Below are positions 1-14,488 of a stretch of DNA of 64,000 bases, in pieces. A program made the translations under genes and the position numbers. A model generated the notes under the pieces. That model worked only from the letters and a program-made list of their open reading frames with translations. It was not told the DNA's origin and searched no databases. Position 1 is the stretch's first letter. Each line of letters starts with the position of its first letter. Source of the stretch: Paraspadella gotoi (Eukaryota > Animalia > Chaetognatha); assembly GCA_051294375.1 (NCBI GenBank), contig CM119270.1, positions 4,084,301 to 4,148,300 of the forward strand, written 5' to 3'.

Positions 1-337
1 GGCGGCGCGGCGGCGGCGGCGACTCCTCCAGGGAACAACTTCAGAGTCTCTGTAGTCGTGATCGTCGGCGGATTGTTGTTGTATTGTCGTGGGTGAGTTT
101 GTGTGTGTTTGTTGTTTGTTGTTATTGTTGTGTTGTTATCACTCGTCAGTATAAATGTTTATGTTGCTGAGTTTTTTGTTGTCTTTGTAATTGGTATTGT
201 TATCGTTGTTGTAGTTGCCCTGTTAACTGAACGTCGTTTGAAGTCCTTGATTGGAGGCACTCGACCAATCACCTTTTTCCCGCGAATTTTGTTTGAAACC
301 GACGAGTCACGAGTTGGCGCGGAATCGCGGAGTCGCT

Positions 338-377
<40 letters not shown>

Positions 378-635
378 NNNNNNNNNNNNNNNNNNNNNNN
401 NNCCAATCCAGGACTTCAAACGACGTTCATTTAACAGCAACTACAACAACGATAACAATACCAATTACAAAGACAACAAAAAACTCAGCAACATAAACAT
501 TAATACTGACGAGTGATAACAACACAACAATAACAACAAACAACAACCACAACAAACTCACCCACGACAATAACAACAACAATCCGCCGACGATCACGAC
601 TACCAAGAGACTCTGAAGTTGTTCCCTGGAGGAGT

Positions 636-660
<25 letters not shown>
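1..660. repeat. fold-back inverted duplication (1-254 vs 403-660) around a 25-N gap
   Basis: gactcctccagggaacaacttcagagtctc vs gagactctgaagttgttccctggaggagtc; acgtcgtttgaagtccttgattgg vs ccaatccaggacttcaaacgacgt. Confidence 0.88.
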
Positions 661-674
<14 letters not shown>

Positions 675-2079
675 GAGGATTCCATCGCTTCTTCCAACTC
701 ATTTATTCCGGATTCGATTTTCCAAAGTGGAAAAGACGACGACGATGAATCCTCTCTCTGATGCTGGAATTGTTAGTTAAATTCCGTTTTTGGTTTGTTT
801 GTTTTTGTTTTATTTTGTACATTTATTGTTTATATATATCTTGTTGTATTCAAAGAATCCGATTTTCAGTTAGGATCGACGAACGTCAGGGAATATAAAA
901 AAATTAAAAATAACATAACGTAACGAATCAAACTTCATTTATAGTGATTTTAGTGTAAAACAGTTCAAATAATCTAACGGTGAGGACGTTTAATAAAATG
1001 TCATCTTTCATGTCAAAGAGAAAGCAAAGTTTATTTGTTTACAAACAACAGGTTTTTTATTTAAAAAAAAAAACCAGACATTTTTTTNNNNNNNNNNNNN
1101 NNNNNNNNNNNNNNNNNNNNNNNNNNNNNNNNNNNNNNNNNNNNNNNNNNNNNNNNNNNNNNNNNNNNNNNNNNNNNNNNNNNNNNNNNNNNNNNNNNNN
1201 NNNNNNNNNNNNNNNNNNNNNNNNNNNNNNNNNNNNNNNNNNNNNNNNNNNNNNNNNNNNNNNNNNNNNNNNNNNNNNNNNNNNNNNNNNNNNNNNNNNN
1301 NNNNNNNNNNNNNNNNNNNNNNNNNNNNNNNNNNNNNAACTTATTCGATATGAAAATAAATGACCTATGAAAATATCAATTCAATCATATCCAACTTTTC
1401 TTCACTGTCGTCTTCATCTTCATCGTCATCATCGTCGTCATCTTCATCGTCATCATNNNNNNNNNNNNNNNNNNNNNNNNNNNNNNNNNNNNNNNNNNNN
1501 NNNNNNNNNNNNNNNNNNNNNNNNNNNNNNNNNNNNNNNNNNNNNNNNNNNNNNNNNNNNNNNNNNNNNNNNNNNNNNNNNNNNNNNNNNNNNNNNNNNN
1601 NNNNNNNNNNNNNNNNNNNNNNNNNNNNNNNNNNNNNNNNNNCATCGTCGTCGTCATCTTCATCGTCATCATCGTCGTCATCTTCATCGTCGTCGTCTTC
1701 ATCGTCATCATCGTCGTCGTCGTTGTCTTCATCGTCTCTCCAACGTCCCACGTCGCGATTGCGTTGCCCTTTTGTGTTTACAAGATCGAGTCGACCGGAA
1801 ATGAGGCGAAAGAATGAAGACAACAACGACGAAAACAAGAATGGTGGGCGTGGCGACGATTTCGCGGCAAACGACGACGATGACAACAACGACGACGACG
1901 ACGACAGCGAATCATAAACGGCGAAAATATTAATATTTCGAACGCGCAATACAAGCTGTTTATATATATTGGCATTTGGCAATTTGGCTGCTCTCTCTTC
2001 CCTATTAAATACAGAACGTAATATGTAAAATTTATCAATTACATTAGTAAATAATCCCCCATAGTTCTGTCAATTTTTG

Positions 2080-2280
2080 ATTTGGGTTAGGCAAGTAATT
2101 AATTGGATCAGGGTTAGGGATCATGGTTAAGGTTAGGGGTTAGGGTTTAAAATTAGGCGTTAGTGTTTAGGGTTAGGGTTAGGGTTAGAGTTCAGAATCA
2201 TGTTAAACTTTGAGATTAGAGTTAGGGCTTAAATTCTGGGATAAACAAACAGAAATGGGGCACTTTGGGTAAAGAGAGCC
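2080..2280 (+). mobile_element. partial member of the telomere-like-repeat TIR family
   Basis: Degenerate ggttagggttagggttag array followed by the family TIR aaatggggcactttgggtaaagagagcc (2253-2280); a similar remnant lies at ~44325-44432. Confidence 0.5.
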
Positions 2281-3214
2281 TAAATTTATACTAGCATCTT
2301 TAATTCTAGTTAATATTTCCCTAAATCTTTACTCCTTCCTTCTTCCCATATTATTTTTATCAAAGTTTAAAACTTCCCCTCCTTCCTTGTTTTCTCTTTC
2401 TCTTCCCCCCAAATATGGAATTCCCGCTCTGTCTCAATCCACCCACTCCCACGCAACTCTTCTTTCTTTTTTCACTTTTCTTCTTTCTTTTTCTTTCTTT
2501 TTTCACTTTTCTTCTTTCTTTTTCTTTCTTTTTTCACTTTTCTTCTTTCTTTTTCTTTTCCCATGAATCACTGCAGAAAACGATGTCTACTTTCGAAGAC
2601 GACGACGACGACGACGACGACGACGAAGACGACGACGACGAACGACGACGAAAAAGCATAAAATTAGCATAAAGGCGTCAGCATAAACATCTGCATAGGA
2701 GATTACAAGCACAAAAGGATTAGCGGCAGGTTTTTACATCCCGGGCGCGCATCTTCATTTTACGATTATCANNNNNNNNNNNNNNNNNNNNNNNNNNNNN
2801 NNNNNNNNNNNNNNNNNNNNNNNNNNNNNNNNNNNNNNNNNNNNNNNNNNNNNNNNNNNNNNNNNNNNNNNNNNNNNNNNNNNNNNNNNNNNNNNNNNNN
2901 NNNNNNNNNNNNNNNNNNNNNNNNNNNNNNNNNNNNNNNNNNNNNNNNNNNNNNNNNNNNNNNNNNNNNNNNNNNNNNNNNNNNNNNNNNNNNNNNNNNN
3001 NNNNNNNNNNNNNNNNNNNNNNNNNNNNNNNNNNNNNNNNNNNNNNNNNNNNNNNNNNNNNNNNNNNNNNNNNNNAGAAGAGATAAGAAAGGAAAAAAAG
3101 AGAGGGTAGGGAGACAGTAAGGCAATGATACAGATTGGGACGCAAGAGAAAGAGAAGAGAGAGAATGAAGGACGTGTGAGGAAAGAAAATCTGCGCTCTG
3201 CACAAAGAGAAAAG

Positions 3215-3248
<34 letters not shown>

Positions 3249-3351
3249 NNNNNNNNNNNNNNNNNNNNNNNNNNNNNNNNNNNNNNNNNNNNNNNNNNNN
3301 NNNNNNNNNNNNNNNNNNNNNNNNNNNNNNNNNNNNNNNNNNNNNNNNNNN

Positions 3352-4410
3352 TCTCTCTCTCTCTTTCCATCCATTTTCCTTTCATCATCGCGAGGTCAAC
3401 CGAAAGGGAAGGGAGGCAGTGAAGCCGATAATGGCCTCGCAACTACAACAACAACAACTAGACGATGTAAAAAATGTAATAGACGCGGTCGAGTTATGGA
3501 GAGTAAAGGAGGTGAAGAAACGATGAAAACAAAACAAAGAAACAAAAGGAAAACAAATCTCTCGAGACGCGACGTAATAACCTTCATAACAAATGGGAAC
3601 ATAAGGTGAATAGGGTTATTTGTTATTTTTTGTTTTATGTTATAAATTGCTAAAAGCAACCTAGTGATTACATACAATCATTTAATAAACATGATATCCT
3701 GCCTCGGACTTTAGACAGTCTTATTAAATATGTTATAATTTTTTGTCGCATTAAATCCGTCAAAAAAAAAGTAANNNNNNNNNNNNNNNNNNNNNNNNNT
3801 CTCTCTCTCTCTTCTCTCTCCTCTCTCTCTCGGTCTCTCTCTCTCTCTTCGTCTTTCTCCATTCTGCATTTTCCTTTTCATCATCGCGAGCGTCACCGAA
3901 AGAAGGGATGGCAGTGAAGGCCGATAATGGCCTAGCAACTACAAACAACACCAACTAGACCCGCGCTGATAATGGCCTCGCAACTACAACAACAACAACT
4001 TAGACGATGTAAAAAATGGTAAATAGATCGCGGCTTCGAGTTATGGATGAGTTAAAGGAGGTGAAGGAGAAAACGATCATGGTGAAGAAGAAACGATGAA
4101 AACAAACAAAGAAAACAAAACCACGCGTAATGAACACCCAAAACTCTTTTTCTCGAAGATCCGCCGAAAAACCGTAATCAACCTTCATAACAAAATTATC
4201 GCGGAACATAAAGGTGAATTAGGAGTTTATTTGTTATTTTTGTTATTATCGTTTATAAACATTGCTCTAAAAAGCAAGCCTCAGTGATCTTATAACGCAT
4301 CTCACCAATCATTTATACAACATGTAATGGATATCCTGCTCCTCGGACTTTTACGACAGGTCTTAGATTAAAATCTAAACGTATGTTATAATTTTCATTG
4401 TCGCATTTTT
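3352..4410 (+). repeat. direct duplication across a 25-N gap, second copy insertion-noisy
   Basis: 3360-3750 recurs at ~3850-4410 with scattered extra bases. Confidence 0.85.
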
Positions 4411-6050
4411 AATTCCGCTCTCCACTCACACTACCCTCCACATATATCCGCCGTGGCCTTCCAAAAAAAAAAGACAAATAAAGTGTCGACCATTGGCTGA
4501 ATCTTGTTTGAACATAAAATTCTCGAGAGAAAGAGAAAGAGAGACGAGATGACCAGAGAGGAGAAGAGAGCAGAGAGAGACATACGAGAGAAGACGGAGA
4601 GCGAACGAGAAAGATGGAGAGAGAGAAAAAAACAAAAGAGAGATGGATGAGAGAGCGAGAGTGATGATCGAGAGAGCAGGAGAGAGAGAGTGAGGAGAAA
4701 AAAAAAAAAAGACGTGAGACGAGAGAGAGAGAGCGGGAGAGGAGAGAGAGAGAGGAGAGCAGGAGAGAGAGAGAGAAAGAAAGAGAGCGGGGTAGAGAGA
4801 GAAAAAAAGAGAACGAGCAGAGATAGAGAGAGAGAGAGACGAGAGAGATAGAGAGAGAAAGACAAGAGAGAAGAGCAAAAAAACAAAAGAGAGAGAGAAA
4901 AAAAAAAAAAAAAAGACGAGAGAGAGAGAAAGAGAGAGAGAGAGAGAACGAGAGAAGATGAGAGAGGCGAGAGACGAGAGAGAGAGAGAGAGAGTGGCGC
5001 AATTAATATTCCATCCGCCCATGGCGACGCTCACGTCGGGGTTTAGCATAAAAAGGATCCCGGAGCAAAATCGTCCAAGAAGAAATTAATCAAAGACCGA
5101 AACATTTTTTAGAGACGATGACAACGACGACGACGACAATGATCACAATGAGAAAGAGATGACAACGACGAAGACAACATCGAGAAGTTGACAGAGATGA
5201 CAACGACGACGAAGAAAACGATGACAATCACGATGATGAAGTACAAAACAGGGATGACGACGATGACCAAAGACAATGACAATGATTCTGATGGAAAAGT
5301 CAAAAAGGATGACAACGACGAAGACAATGATGACAATCACGATGACGAAGAAAAAGAGATGACAACGACGAAGAAGACAACGACTCCGAGGAGAGGAAAG
5401 AAAACGAGCGCAACCTGGGAAAGTCGACGTCATCCTTATAAAGATTTTAAAAATAGTCGTTTTACTGACAAAAAAACGACAACAACAACAACGTTTACTA
5501 GGAAGTCAACCAACGAGGTCGTTTCAAAAAAAAAAAAAAAGAAGAATTCCAACAACAACATAAATAACGAAAACAAGAAAAACTACGTCGACCACAACCG
5601 CGACAGCAGCTGCAGCAAAAAAAAAAACCAGCCGAAGTCGCAGGAGCCGCAGGATTCCCAGAGAGTGCCGCAGCGGCCGCAGCAGCCTTGTCGGTCTCAG
5701 CAGCCGCGTCTTCTCCGTAGCAGCCGCAGAGGGGGGGGTTTCCCTCTTTTTTAACCCGAAGAACGAAAGGGAAAGGATTTATGAAGCTTTGCTGTAAAAT
5801 GGACTTCGCCCATGCGCGGGGATTTTTTTCGTCGTCGTCGTCGTTGTCGTCTTCGTCGTCGTTGTCATCGTCTTCGTCGTCGTCGTCGTCGTCGTCGTCT
5901 TCGGAGTCTCTGGCTGGGCATCTTGGGACCGTAGGGTGCTCAGAGTGGCGAAGGGATTTTTTTTTCCTGAGAGTCTGAAAAGAAAAGAAGCTAAAAGGGG
6001 AAAAAAAAAGAAAGGCAAAAAAAAGAAAATAAAATAAAAGATAAGAAAAG

Positions 6051-6159
6051 AGAAGAAAAGAAAAGAAAAGAAAAGAAAAGAAAAGAAAAGAAAAGAAAAG
6101 AAAAGAAAAGAAAAGAAAAGAAAAGAAAAGAAAAGAAAGGAAAAGAAAGGAAAAGAAAA
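6051..6159 (+). repeat. (AAAAG)n microsatellite
   Basis: Direct reading. Confidence 0.95.
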
Positions 6160-6620
6160 CAAAATAAGGGCTGGGTTACAATCTGAGGGCTTCTATAGCG
6201 GGTTTTGCCAAGGTTCACCCAGCTGTCATACCATTTATAATATACATTGTTCTCTGAATCTCGTAAACCGCCTTGGAGATGAAGCGACCCTTCAAGAACA
6301 ACTGGTAGAAGAAGTTAAAGAAGATATGGGGAAAATCATCTTTAGCCAACTTAGCGCCTTTTTCACATTTTGAGTAATCAATTGATACTCAAGTTTTCTA
6401 ATAAAATTTCTGTACTATCTCTGTTAACTTAAACTAAATTATTTAGATAGTGCTGTTACCAGAAAGTTTGTCGAGGCGTTGATCTGATTGATAAACTCTT
6501 TGCTTGGCGAAGGCTTTTCTCGCTAAAGCTGCATTAAGACGTTTTAAGAAAAAAAAAGAGTTTGAACAAGAATTGATTGAGAAAAAGGATTCGGAGAAGC
6601 GGAGAATGGTGTACGTGGCC

Positions 6621-6733
<113 letters not shown>

Positions 6734-7816
6734 TCGCTCGGTTCTCTTGATGGAGGCTAATCAAAAAAGGTCGTGCCTTGTTGTTCGTCCACATAAAAAA
6801 ATAAAAAATCTGGCGTCGTGGGCAATGGGCATTTCGGGGTCACCTCCCCCATTTTTTTACCCCCTATCTCGGACCCTTTGTTCCCCCCCACTACTCTCCC
6901 TCCAACTCGGACAAAAACGATCGAAATCGTTGGAAAAAAAAACTNNNNNNNNNNNNNNNNNNNNNNNNNNNNNNNNNNNNNNNNNNNNNNNNNNNNNNNN
7001 NNNNNNNNNNNNNNNNNNNNNNNNNNNNNNNNNNNNNNNNNNNNNNNNNNNNNNNNNNNNNNNNNNNNNNNNNNNNNNNNNNNNNNNNNNNNNNNNNNNN
7101 NNNNNNNNNNNNNNNNNNNNNNNNNNNNNNNNNNNNNNNNNNNNNNNNNNNNNNNNNNNNNTGATGTTGGGGATAGAAGGGCGGGTATAGATGGACGGGG
7201 ATCGCATGGGAAGCGGAACTGACAGCAAAGTTGCCAAAACGATACAGGGTGAGTAAAAAAAAATGCCTTTAGGAATTGTATTAGTAATTAAACGTCTTTC
7301 AAAAAATGTTACTATTTTACTTTGTATTTGACGTAGCAGTATTTGACGAACCGATTGTAAGGAAGGATTGACAAATTCAGTTTCAAATTTTTGTTTACAT
7401 TATTAATTTTATTTTTTACTTGTCAATTTTTAATTCAATGTTCATTTTCAAATTTCCATCGGATTTTCCAATCACAAAAATCCCAAAATATTTTTCCTTC
7501 TCTCTTGTCGGAATTATGAAAACTTTTTCCCTTGGTCGGACAGTCCGTACGTGCCTCCACGAGTCCGTTCGTACGTGCGGCGTCTGAAAAAGCGTCGCGA
7601 GGCCCCATTAACTCCCGGTCACGGTCCGTCGGTCCGTCGGTCCGTGCGTCCCTGCGTCGCCATCGCGGCCTCGAGTCTCCTTCCTCCTCTTCGCCCTTGA
7701 CATTCTCCGTTCACTTCTTCTCTTCCCACATTCTCTTTCACATTTCTTTTCATTTGATACAAGCATTTATATTATCATTTACGTTTAAATTCGTATTCAC
7801 TTTTACAAATAGATTT

Positions 7817-7993
<177 letters not shown>

Positions 7994-10900
7994 GAACAAT
8001 TTAATAAACGTACTTAAAATATACAGAATATGACACAAATGTCGTATGTTTCTCCTTCATCTTTTAATACCCCTGACCTCTTTCAAAACCCCTGACCTCT
8101 TTCAAGACCCCTGACCTCTTTCAGGGCCCCTAACCCCAGACCTCTTTCAAGACCCCCCGACTCTAAATATTCCATAACCCTTACAGCCCTTGCGCCAAAG
8201 AGGTCCCTCCTCCAAACGCCTCTCTTTTCCCGGTCCACTCCTTCACAAACTCCCCCCACCATTTCATATTAAAACTAGGTACTTTTTATACAAAGAATTT
8301 TCTCACTATATCCTTCCTTTCCCCCTTCCCCCTTTTTTATTTCCATCGATCTCATTCTCCTGAGCCACCCCCCCCCCCAATATACAATTCTTCATTCTCA
8401 GCATTTCATCCAATAATCCTCTTCTGCCTTTCCGACTTCCCACCCTCACCCCTTATTCTCACCGCCCACTCTCCTAGATATCCCACCCGCCCGCCCCGGC
8501 CATAACCTGTTCCTAAAAAAAAAACCCTAACCTTCAGATTCGTACGATAACAGTTCCCACGACCCCACCCCACCCCTCCGCCCTCACCGCTCCATCTATT
8601 TCTCATCGATTTCTTTGCGTGAAATATGGCGGAAGTTTCGATGCTGTTTTCACTGCGACGCGAAAATATGGAGGAGGAAAATTTTTCATTCGAAAAAGAA
8701 AGGTACGTGGAGAGAAAATGGCAGTTGGTGGGGGTGAGGTGGAAAGGGTTGTGGAGGGGTGGAGGTGAAAAAGTAGGTTGGAGAGGTAATGACGAATCGA
8801 GTGAGTGGAGTCGATGATTAAAGCTTCAATTTCTTTATAAACTTGAGGAAATCTTAAACATCATTTAGAGATGAACTAAATTGCCTGATGTATAATGGTA
8901 GTTATATAGTTTTGTAAATTAAGGGAGGAGCATACAAGTTGTAGGGCCATATCTCATTAGTTACAGCAATTCTATTAGAACGTCGAACCGCACCTCTATC
9001 ATTCGAACGCGGAGACTTAGAGTTACCAATGAAAATTCTCTTTTGAAAAAATTCCAGCGCCAAAAGAATGACGGAGACATTCATTTTTTGCCACATATCC
9101 TCACCTATAATATCTAGGTTCTACCGCATCCTATTTTCTTAAATATTCTTCCATCTTCAATAGACAAAAATGACACAAGAGCATTGAAAGGCCAAATCTT
9201 TGTGAACGCCAAAAAAATATAGAAAATTTTTTTGGGTTGCGTCAAAATCGATAGCAGCTAGGACTGCGTAATCTCCTAATATTATCGTATATGAACGACA
9301 GTCGCGCTCATTCTTATCTATCTTTATTTGCTTATGTGAATTTTTTCTTTCAAAACCTTTTATTCGATTTTAACAAAAACTTTTTCTTCAGGTAAAGAAG
9401 AATTGATTTTTCATAAATTTTAAGAAAGTTTGTATTTTTTACTTCTACTGCACATAAACAAGGAAAGTCATAAATGAAAGCTGATCGCCACGCTAGATGG
9501 ATACTAGAAAACAACAAAGAAAGTCCGTAAAACAACTCTATACGTTTTAACTTTTACGTAACAAAAAAAGAAATCCTAGTCGAAGATGATTATTGATGTG
9601 AAAAACAAGGAAAAAAAGTGGTTGGTGACGGTTTGGAGAACTAATACCTAAAAGAAAGAATAGGAAAGTGAAATAGCAAGCACCAGCCCAAAGGTTAGAT
9701 AACAATCAATCCAACTTGAATAAATAAGGCTTGTATAAAAGAGATAATAAAACAAGATCTGCAACATGTCTCATCTGCCCCACTGATCATTAGCTGTACG
9801 TCACTGGCCACGACAATAATAACGATGACATGATGGCTGACGACGAATACCGATGACTTGATGATGATTTGTGCTGTATCGCCTGGCGAGCGAATCGCCG
9901 TAGATGGAAGACGTCTCAACGTCCGACGATGAAATGAAAATATCTTCGTTCAATGTTTTCCCAAATTCGCGACCGGAGTCTTGACTACGGATAAATTGAA
10001 GAGAGGGAAAAATGGTTGGCCGAGCAATCTGGGTTATTTAGTAACGTCTGGTTTGCAATTCTTGAATTCTTCCATTGCTTCTAAGATTATTACGTCGAAA
10101 CCGTTTTAAGACCGTTCATTTCCTTTAACCGATATTTTATGGTTTATCTATGGATCGTTACAAACAATTTGCTAAATGCTTTAATCCTCGCCTGTTATAA
10201 CTCGATAAATAACACATTTGAAACCTCACAAGATTGAGGGGCGGACCCGAATCAAAGTGGATTATAGATCGGATCTGTTTACAAAAAAATTTTTTTTTTA
10301 TCTCGCAATCGCTTAGTCATTGCGCGATATTGTAACGCTTTTGCACATAAGGGCTTCGTCGTCGTCGTTTGTCGTCATCGTCGGTTGCGTTGTTGCTTGG
10401 CGTTCCAATTATAGATCGCCTCTTTTATGATATAACTTGGGTTTATGAAGCTGATAATTTATTACAGCTTCTCATCACAATGTGCTTAATAAATGATCTG
10501 GACGTTATTAAAGAATTTGTTTACCTTTTATTCCAAAACAATATAATTATCTCTTTTTATTTCCTCTTTCTCTCTTTCTCTTTCTCTCTTTTAATTGTCT
10601 CTCTCCTCTCAATCTTTCCGAGTCACTGATTCATTAGGGGGAAAAAACGAGTCTGCATAGCTGGCTCTGCTGCTGCCTTTGATTTTTTTCTTTTTCTCTC
10701 TCTCTCTTCTCGATCGCATTCGTGCATGTTATCATTTTTGCTATCGATACATTAGGTTTATTCTTTTTTTTTTTCAGGGCTACGTCTGCTGATAATTTAT
10801 TTTTGACATTAACATTTTTTTTTCTTTTTTTCAGAAAATGTAATTAATTATAATTTATAAATATAATTTTTTTTCTGTTATAAATTAATTTTCTTTTCTC

Positions 10901-12081
10901 AATTTTATTTTTTATATCAAAATTTGCGTCAATCCATATTTTTCTTACTGCATGATTGGCGACGATACCTTATGCTTTTAAGATTTGTAAATATTCTTCT
11001 TTTTTCTTGTTACCCTGGTTTCTGCAGGTTGATTCCAAGTTTTTATTTTTAATTCTTTATACTTTCCGCCTCTGCTTTTCAAATAACGCTTGTCAACAGG
11101 ACACTACAAGATCAGATTTCGTTTTCTTGGAATGAATAGAAAAAAAAAATGGGAGTCATTTTTGGTTTAATGTTTTTGTTTCTTTCAGATGAGTTTTACG
11201 AAAAAGCTCCAAGTTTATCTCACATGGATCAATCATAATGTCCTCGGAATAGTGAAATTCGCAATACGTATTAATTTATTTATTTAATCCAAACTTTAAT
11301 ATTTTATTAGCATGAAACAAATTTTTACAGCATTGAACACATTATTTTTTTTATATCACTCAATCATCTAACGAAGAGAATTCAAGTTGTATTAAAGCAT
11401 TGAAATTGAGCCAGCACAGAAGCCATTTCTCCTTTATTAGTCCCTGCGCTTATTATAGGTTTATCTTCAAACCCAACACATGTCGATCCGTCAGTCCCCG
11501 CTCGTTCAACCTTGTCGTATTTATTTAGATCATATCAGAAATTAAATTATGATAAAGTATGTAAAGATGAGTCCGTCCATCCGTCGTCCATCCGTCTTCC
11601 ACTTAGCATTAACTCGAATTGGTTTTGTAAATTTTAAATTTTCTCGTCTTCCAGACAATCTCAGATCTCCACAATTGACGTGTCGAACTGAAAATGAATT
11701 GGAATTTACAATTTTAATAATGATTTTCCAAAGCAAGATTTAAAATCATAAAATTAAAGAGTTGATTTTTTATGATATCATCTATATCTTCTTCTGAAGT
11801 AATTTTATGAATGCCATGATCCGTGAATAATTGTTGACAGTGTCTATCTGATTTGAATATCACAACAATGATTAGAGTTAGGAATGTGAAATAAATAATC
11901 GGTAGTACGATTGGATCTGCTTTAGCGATTCACTATGCTATTAATTTAAATTTAAAAAAAATTTTTCTGGTACCAAACTTTTTATTTTATTATTAAGTCA
12001 ACTTATTTTCTATCTATATGTAAAATAACAATTTTTTAGTCTTATAAACATAGCATGACCAATTAAAATAAATTATACAAA

Positions 12082-12410
12082 TTAAAAATGATGCGTTAAA
12101 AAAATCATATGAGTTAAAAAAATTATATAAATAAAAATGAATATAGTGAAAAATGATGCGAGTTGAAAAAGATGACGCAGTTGAAAAACATAGCGATTAA
12201 AAATGATGCGAGAGAAAAAAATGATGCGAGTGAAAAATGATGCGAGTTGAAAAATCGATGCGAGTTGAAAATGATGCGATTGAAAAATGATGCGTAGTTG
12301 AAAAATGATGGCGAGTTGAAAAATGATGCAGTTGAAAATGATGCGGTTGAAAAGAATGCGAGTGAAAAAATGTGCTGAAGTGAAACAAAATGATGCGAGT
12401 TGAAAAAGGT
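12082..12410 (+). repeat. ~19-bp minisatellite (aaaaatgatgcgagttg); further arrays at 13890-14230, 21077-21405, 22885-23225
   Basis: Degenerate head-to-tail units read directly. Confidence 0.9.
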
Positions 12411-13171
12411 CCGCTACAATCAGACTCTTTAGACAATGGAATCTGAACTTAATTTCGTTCATTCTCTGATATCTCATGACAATATGATCTTTTTCATTTA
12501 AAAAACGTAGCTATAGCTTCCTCTTATCTATACGTCTCTTATAACTCTATGAGCCAATCACGTTCAGATCTAATTCTTCGAGCTTATACATCATTCTTAA
12601 TCTCGATTACTTCATCTATAGCTTTTAAAACGTATAGGGATGAATTTTCATGGTACAGAAACTTTAAAGATCGAATTCCTATAATAATGTGTATCTTTAT
12701 TTTAGAGCAAATTCAGAAAACACACAAGTACTATTATCATTTTTTTCCTTTCAACCTCTCTGTATTCTTCTCGTTACTTTCTTCCCACGATTGTTCTTTT
12801 TCTACCATCTACTGTTGCTCCTCCTTACTCATATCGACCAACCTCACTTGTATTGATTATTACCCCTAAACCTTCTCCATGTTCTCTCCTCCTTTTCCTT
12901 ACTTTTTTTTCTCTATCTCTTTTCTGCCCTTTCTTATCTCCCTCTTTTATTTAATTCCCCTTTTCTTCTGCTACATTCTTCACTATCCCCTTTGCCTCTC
13001 TTTTCATTTTTCACCCTCATCTCTTCATCTTCCCCTCTCCATTTTTGTTTCCCTTTCCTCTCCTTAATTATTCCTTTATAATGAACCAATCGCTAAAATT
13101 TAATCATTATAGAAAGAAAAATTACGTAGCGCATGAGTTACTTTCAATTTGTAGCCTAGCATTTAGTAAAT

Positions 13172-13208
13172 CGACAGATTTGCGGAAAATTTTTCCGCAA
13201 ATCTGTCG
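13172..13208. other. perfect 18-bp inverted repeat with a 1-nt spacer (duplicate at 22167-22203)
   Basis: cgacagatttgcggaaaa-t-ttttccgcaaatctgtcg. Confidence 0.9.
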
Positions 13209-14488
13209 TTCTGAGAAACAAAACTAGTCCTGACCTTCCGTTGGGTAAAAGGGATGCAGGTATCTTTTTTAATAATCAAGTCAGATATGTACTCAATTTA
13301 AAACTAATAAATGAGTTGAAATATCTCTTTATCAAATAAATGCATCACAAAAATCACAAATAAAGACGTCTCTAAAAATTATTTGTGGCTAACCAAAAAG
13401 TTTTTTTGAATATTTTATAGTGTTAAAGCTATTTCCTGGCTATATTTTCTGTAATTCAACCTATGATTTATTTTTGTCTTAATAAATTTGATAAAGACCT
13501 GAAACTCCAACTTTTGACTTGTTAATTTTAAAATTTATTCATAGACAAAACTATAAATCATGTTAAGACTAATAGATTACCCCAGAGTAAAGAAAGATAA
13601 CGAAGACGGATACTGTTCCAAAGGTAAAAATTTTTCTTAACTTTCATTGCATTCAATCAGAAGTCTAAGTAGAAATGGACCAAAAATGGACAAATTTTTG
13701 GCTAAATTGCCAAATAGTACTATTTTTTACATTAAAACGGTGGAGATGTTTGACTAACCAATCCTTCGTCTCGCCAAATCTCAGTCGTGATCGTGTACAA
13801 AGTTAATCAAATTTAAGTAACACTGAACATATAGTCGACAGAGTCGTTATTTTTTCCGAAATGCAACGTTTGTCGCCGAGATACCAAAAAATATGCGAGT
13901 TGAAAAAAAAAATTTTGATGCGAGTTAAAAAATGCAATGCCGAAGTTGAAAATTGATGCCGAGTTGAAAAAATGAATGCGAGTTGAAAAAATGAGCATAT
14001 TGAAAAATGATGCGAGTTCAAAAAGATGCGTAGTTGAAAAAATGATGCGAGTTGAAAAAATGTGCGAGTTGAAAATAATGAATGCCGAGTTCAAATAAAA
14101 TGATTCGAGTTAAAAAATGATGCGAGTGCAACAGCATAAATGATACGAGTTTGAAAAAATGATGCGAGTTGTAAAAAATGAGGCAGTTGATGATGCAGTT
14201 GAAAAATTGAAGTTGATAAAATTTGAAGTTGAACAACTAACAAGATAAAAACATACAAGTTAAAACAATTATAAAAACAAAATATAATAAAATATTGAAA
14301 AATATTTTTATACCTCAGCACTGGGTTCATTATTCAATGATTATTATGATCTGTAGATTGATAACATTATAATTGAAAGATATCAATATAACTTATTCAT
14401 CTGCATAGCTGATTACACTAAAATTATCTACGGTAGATCCGATATTGTTTGCTCAAAATTTTGTTTGTAATTTTTGGTTTTTAATTTT

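Noticed and set aside
2080-2230. True telomere or chromosome fusion site
   Set aside because: Short, degenerate, and bounded by a recurring TIR motif
6168-6540. Higher-complexity island that might be an exon or TE coding remnant
   Set aside because: Stops in the frames I translated and no recognisable motif
10770-11280. Several polypyrimidine-CAG acceptor-like sites on the + strand inside the 9-kb unit
   Set aside because: I could not assemble a frame-consistent exon chain; T-rich sequence produces such sites by chance
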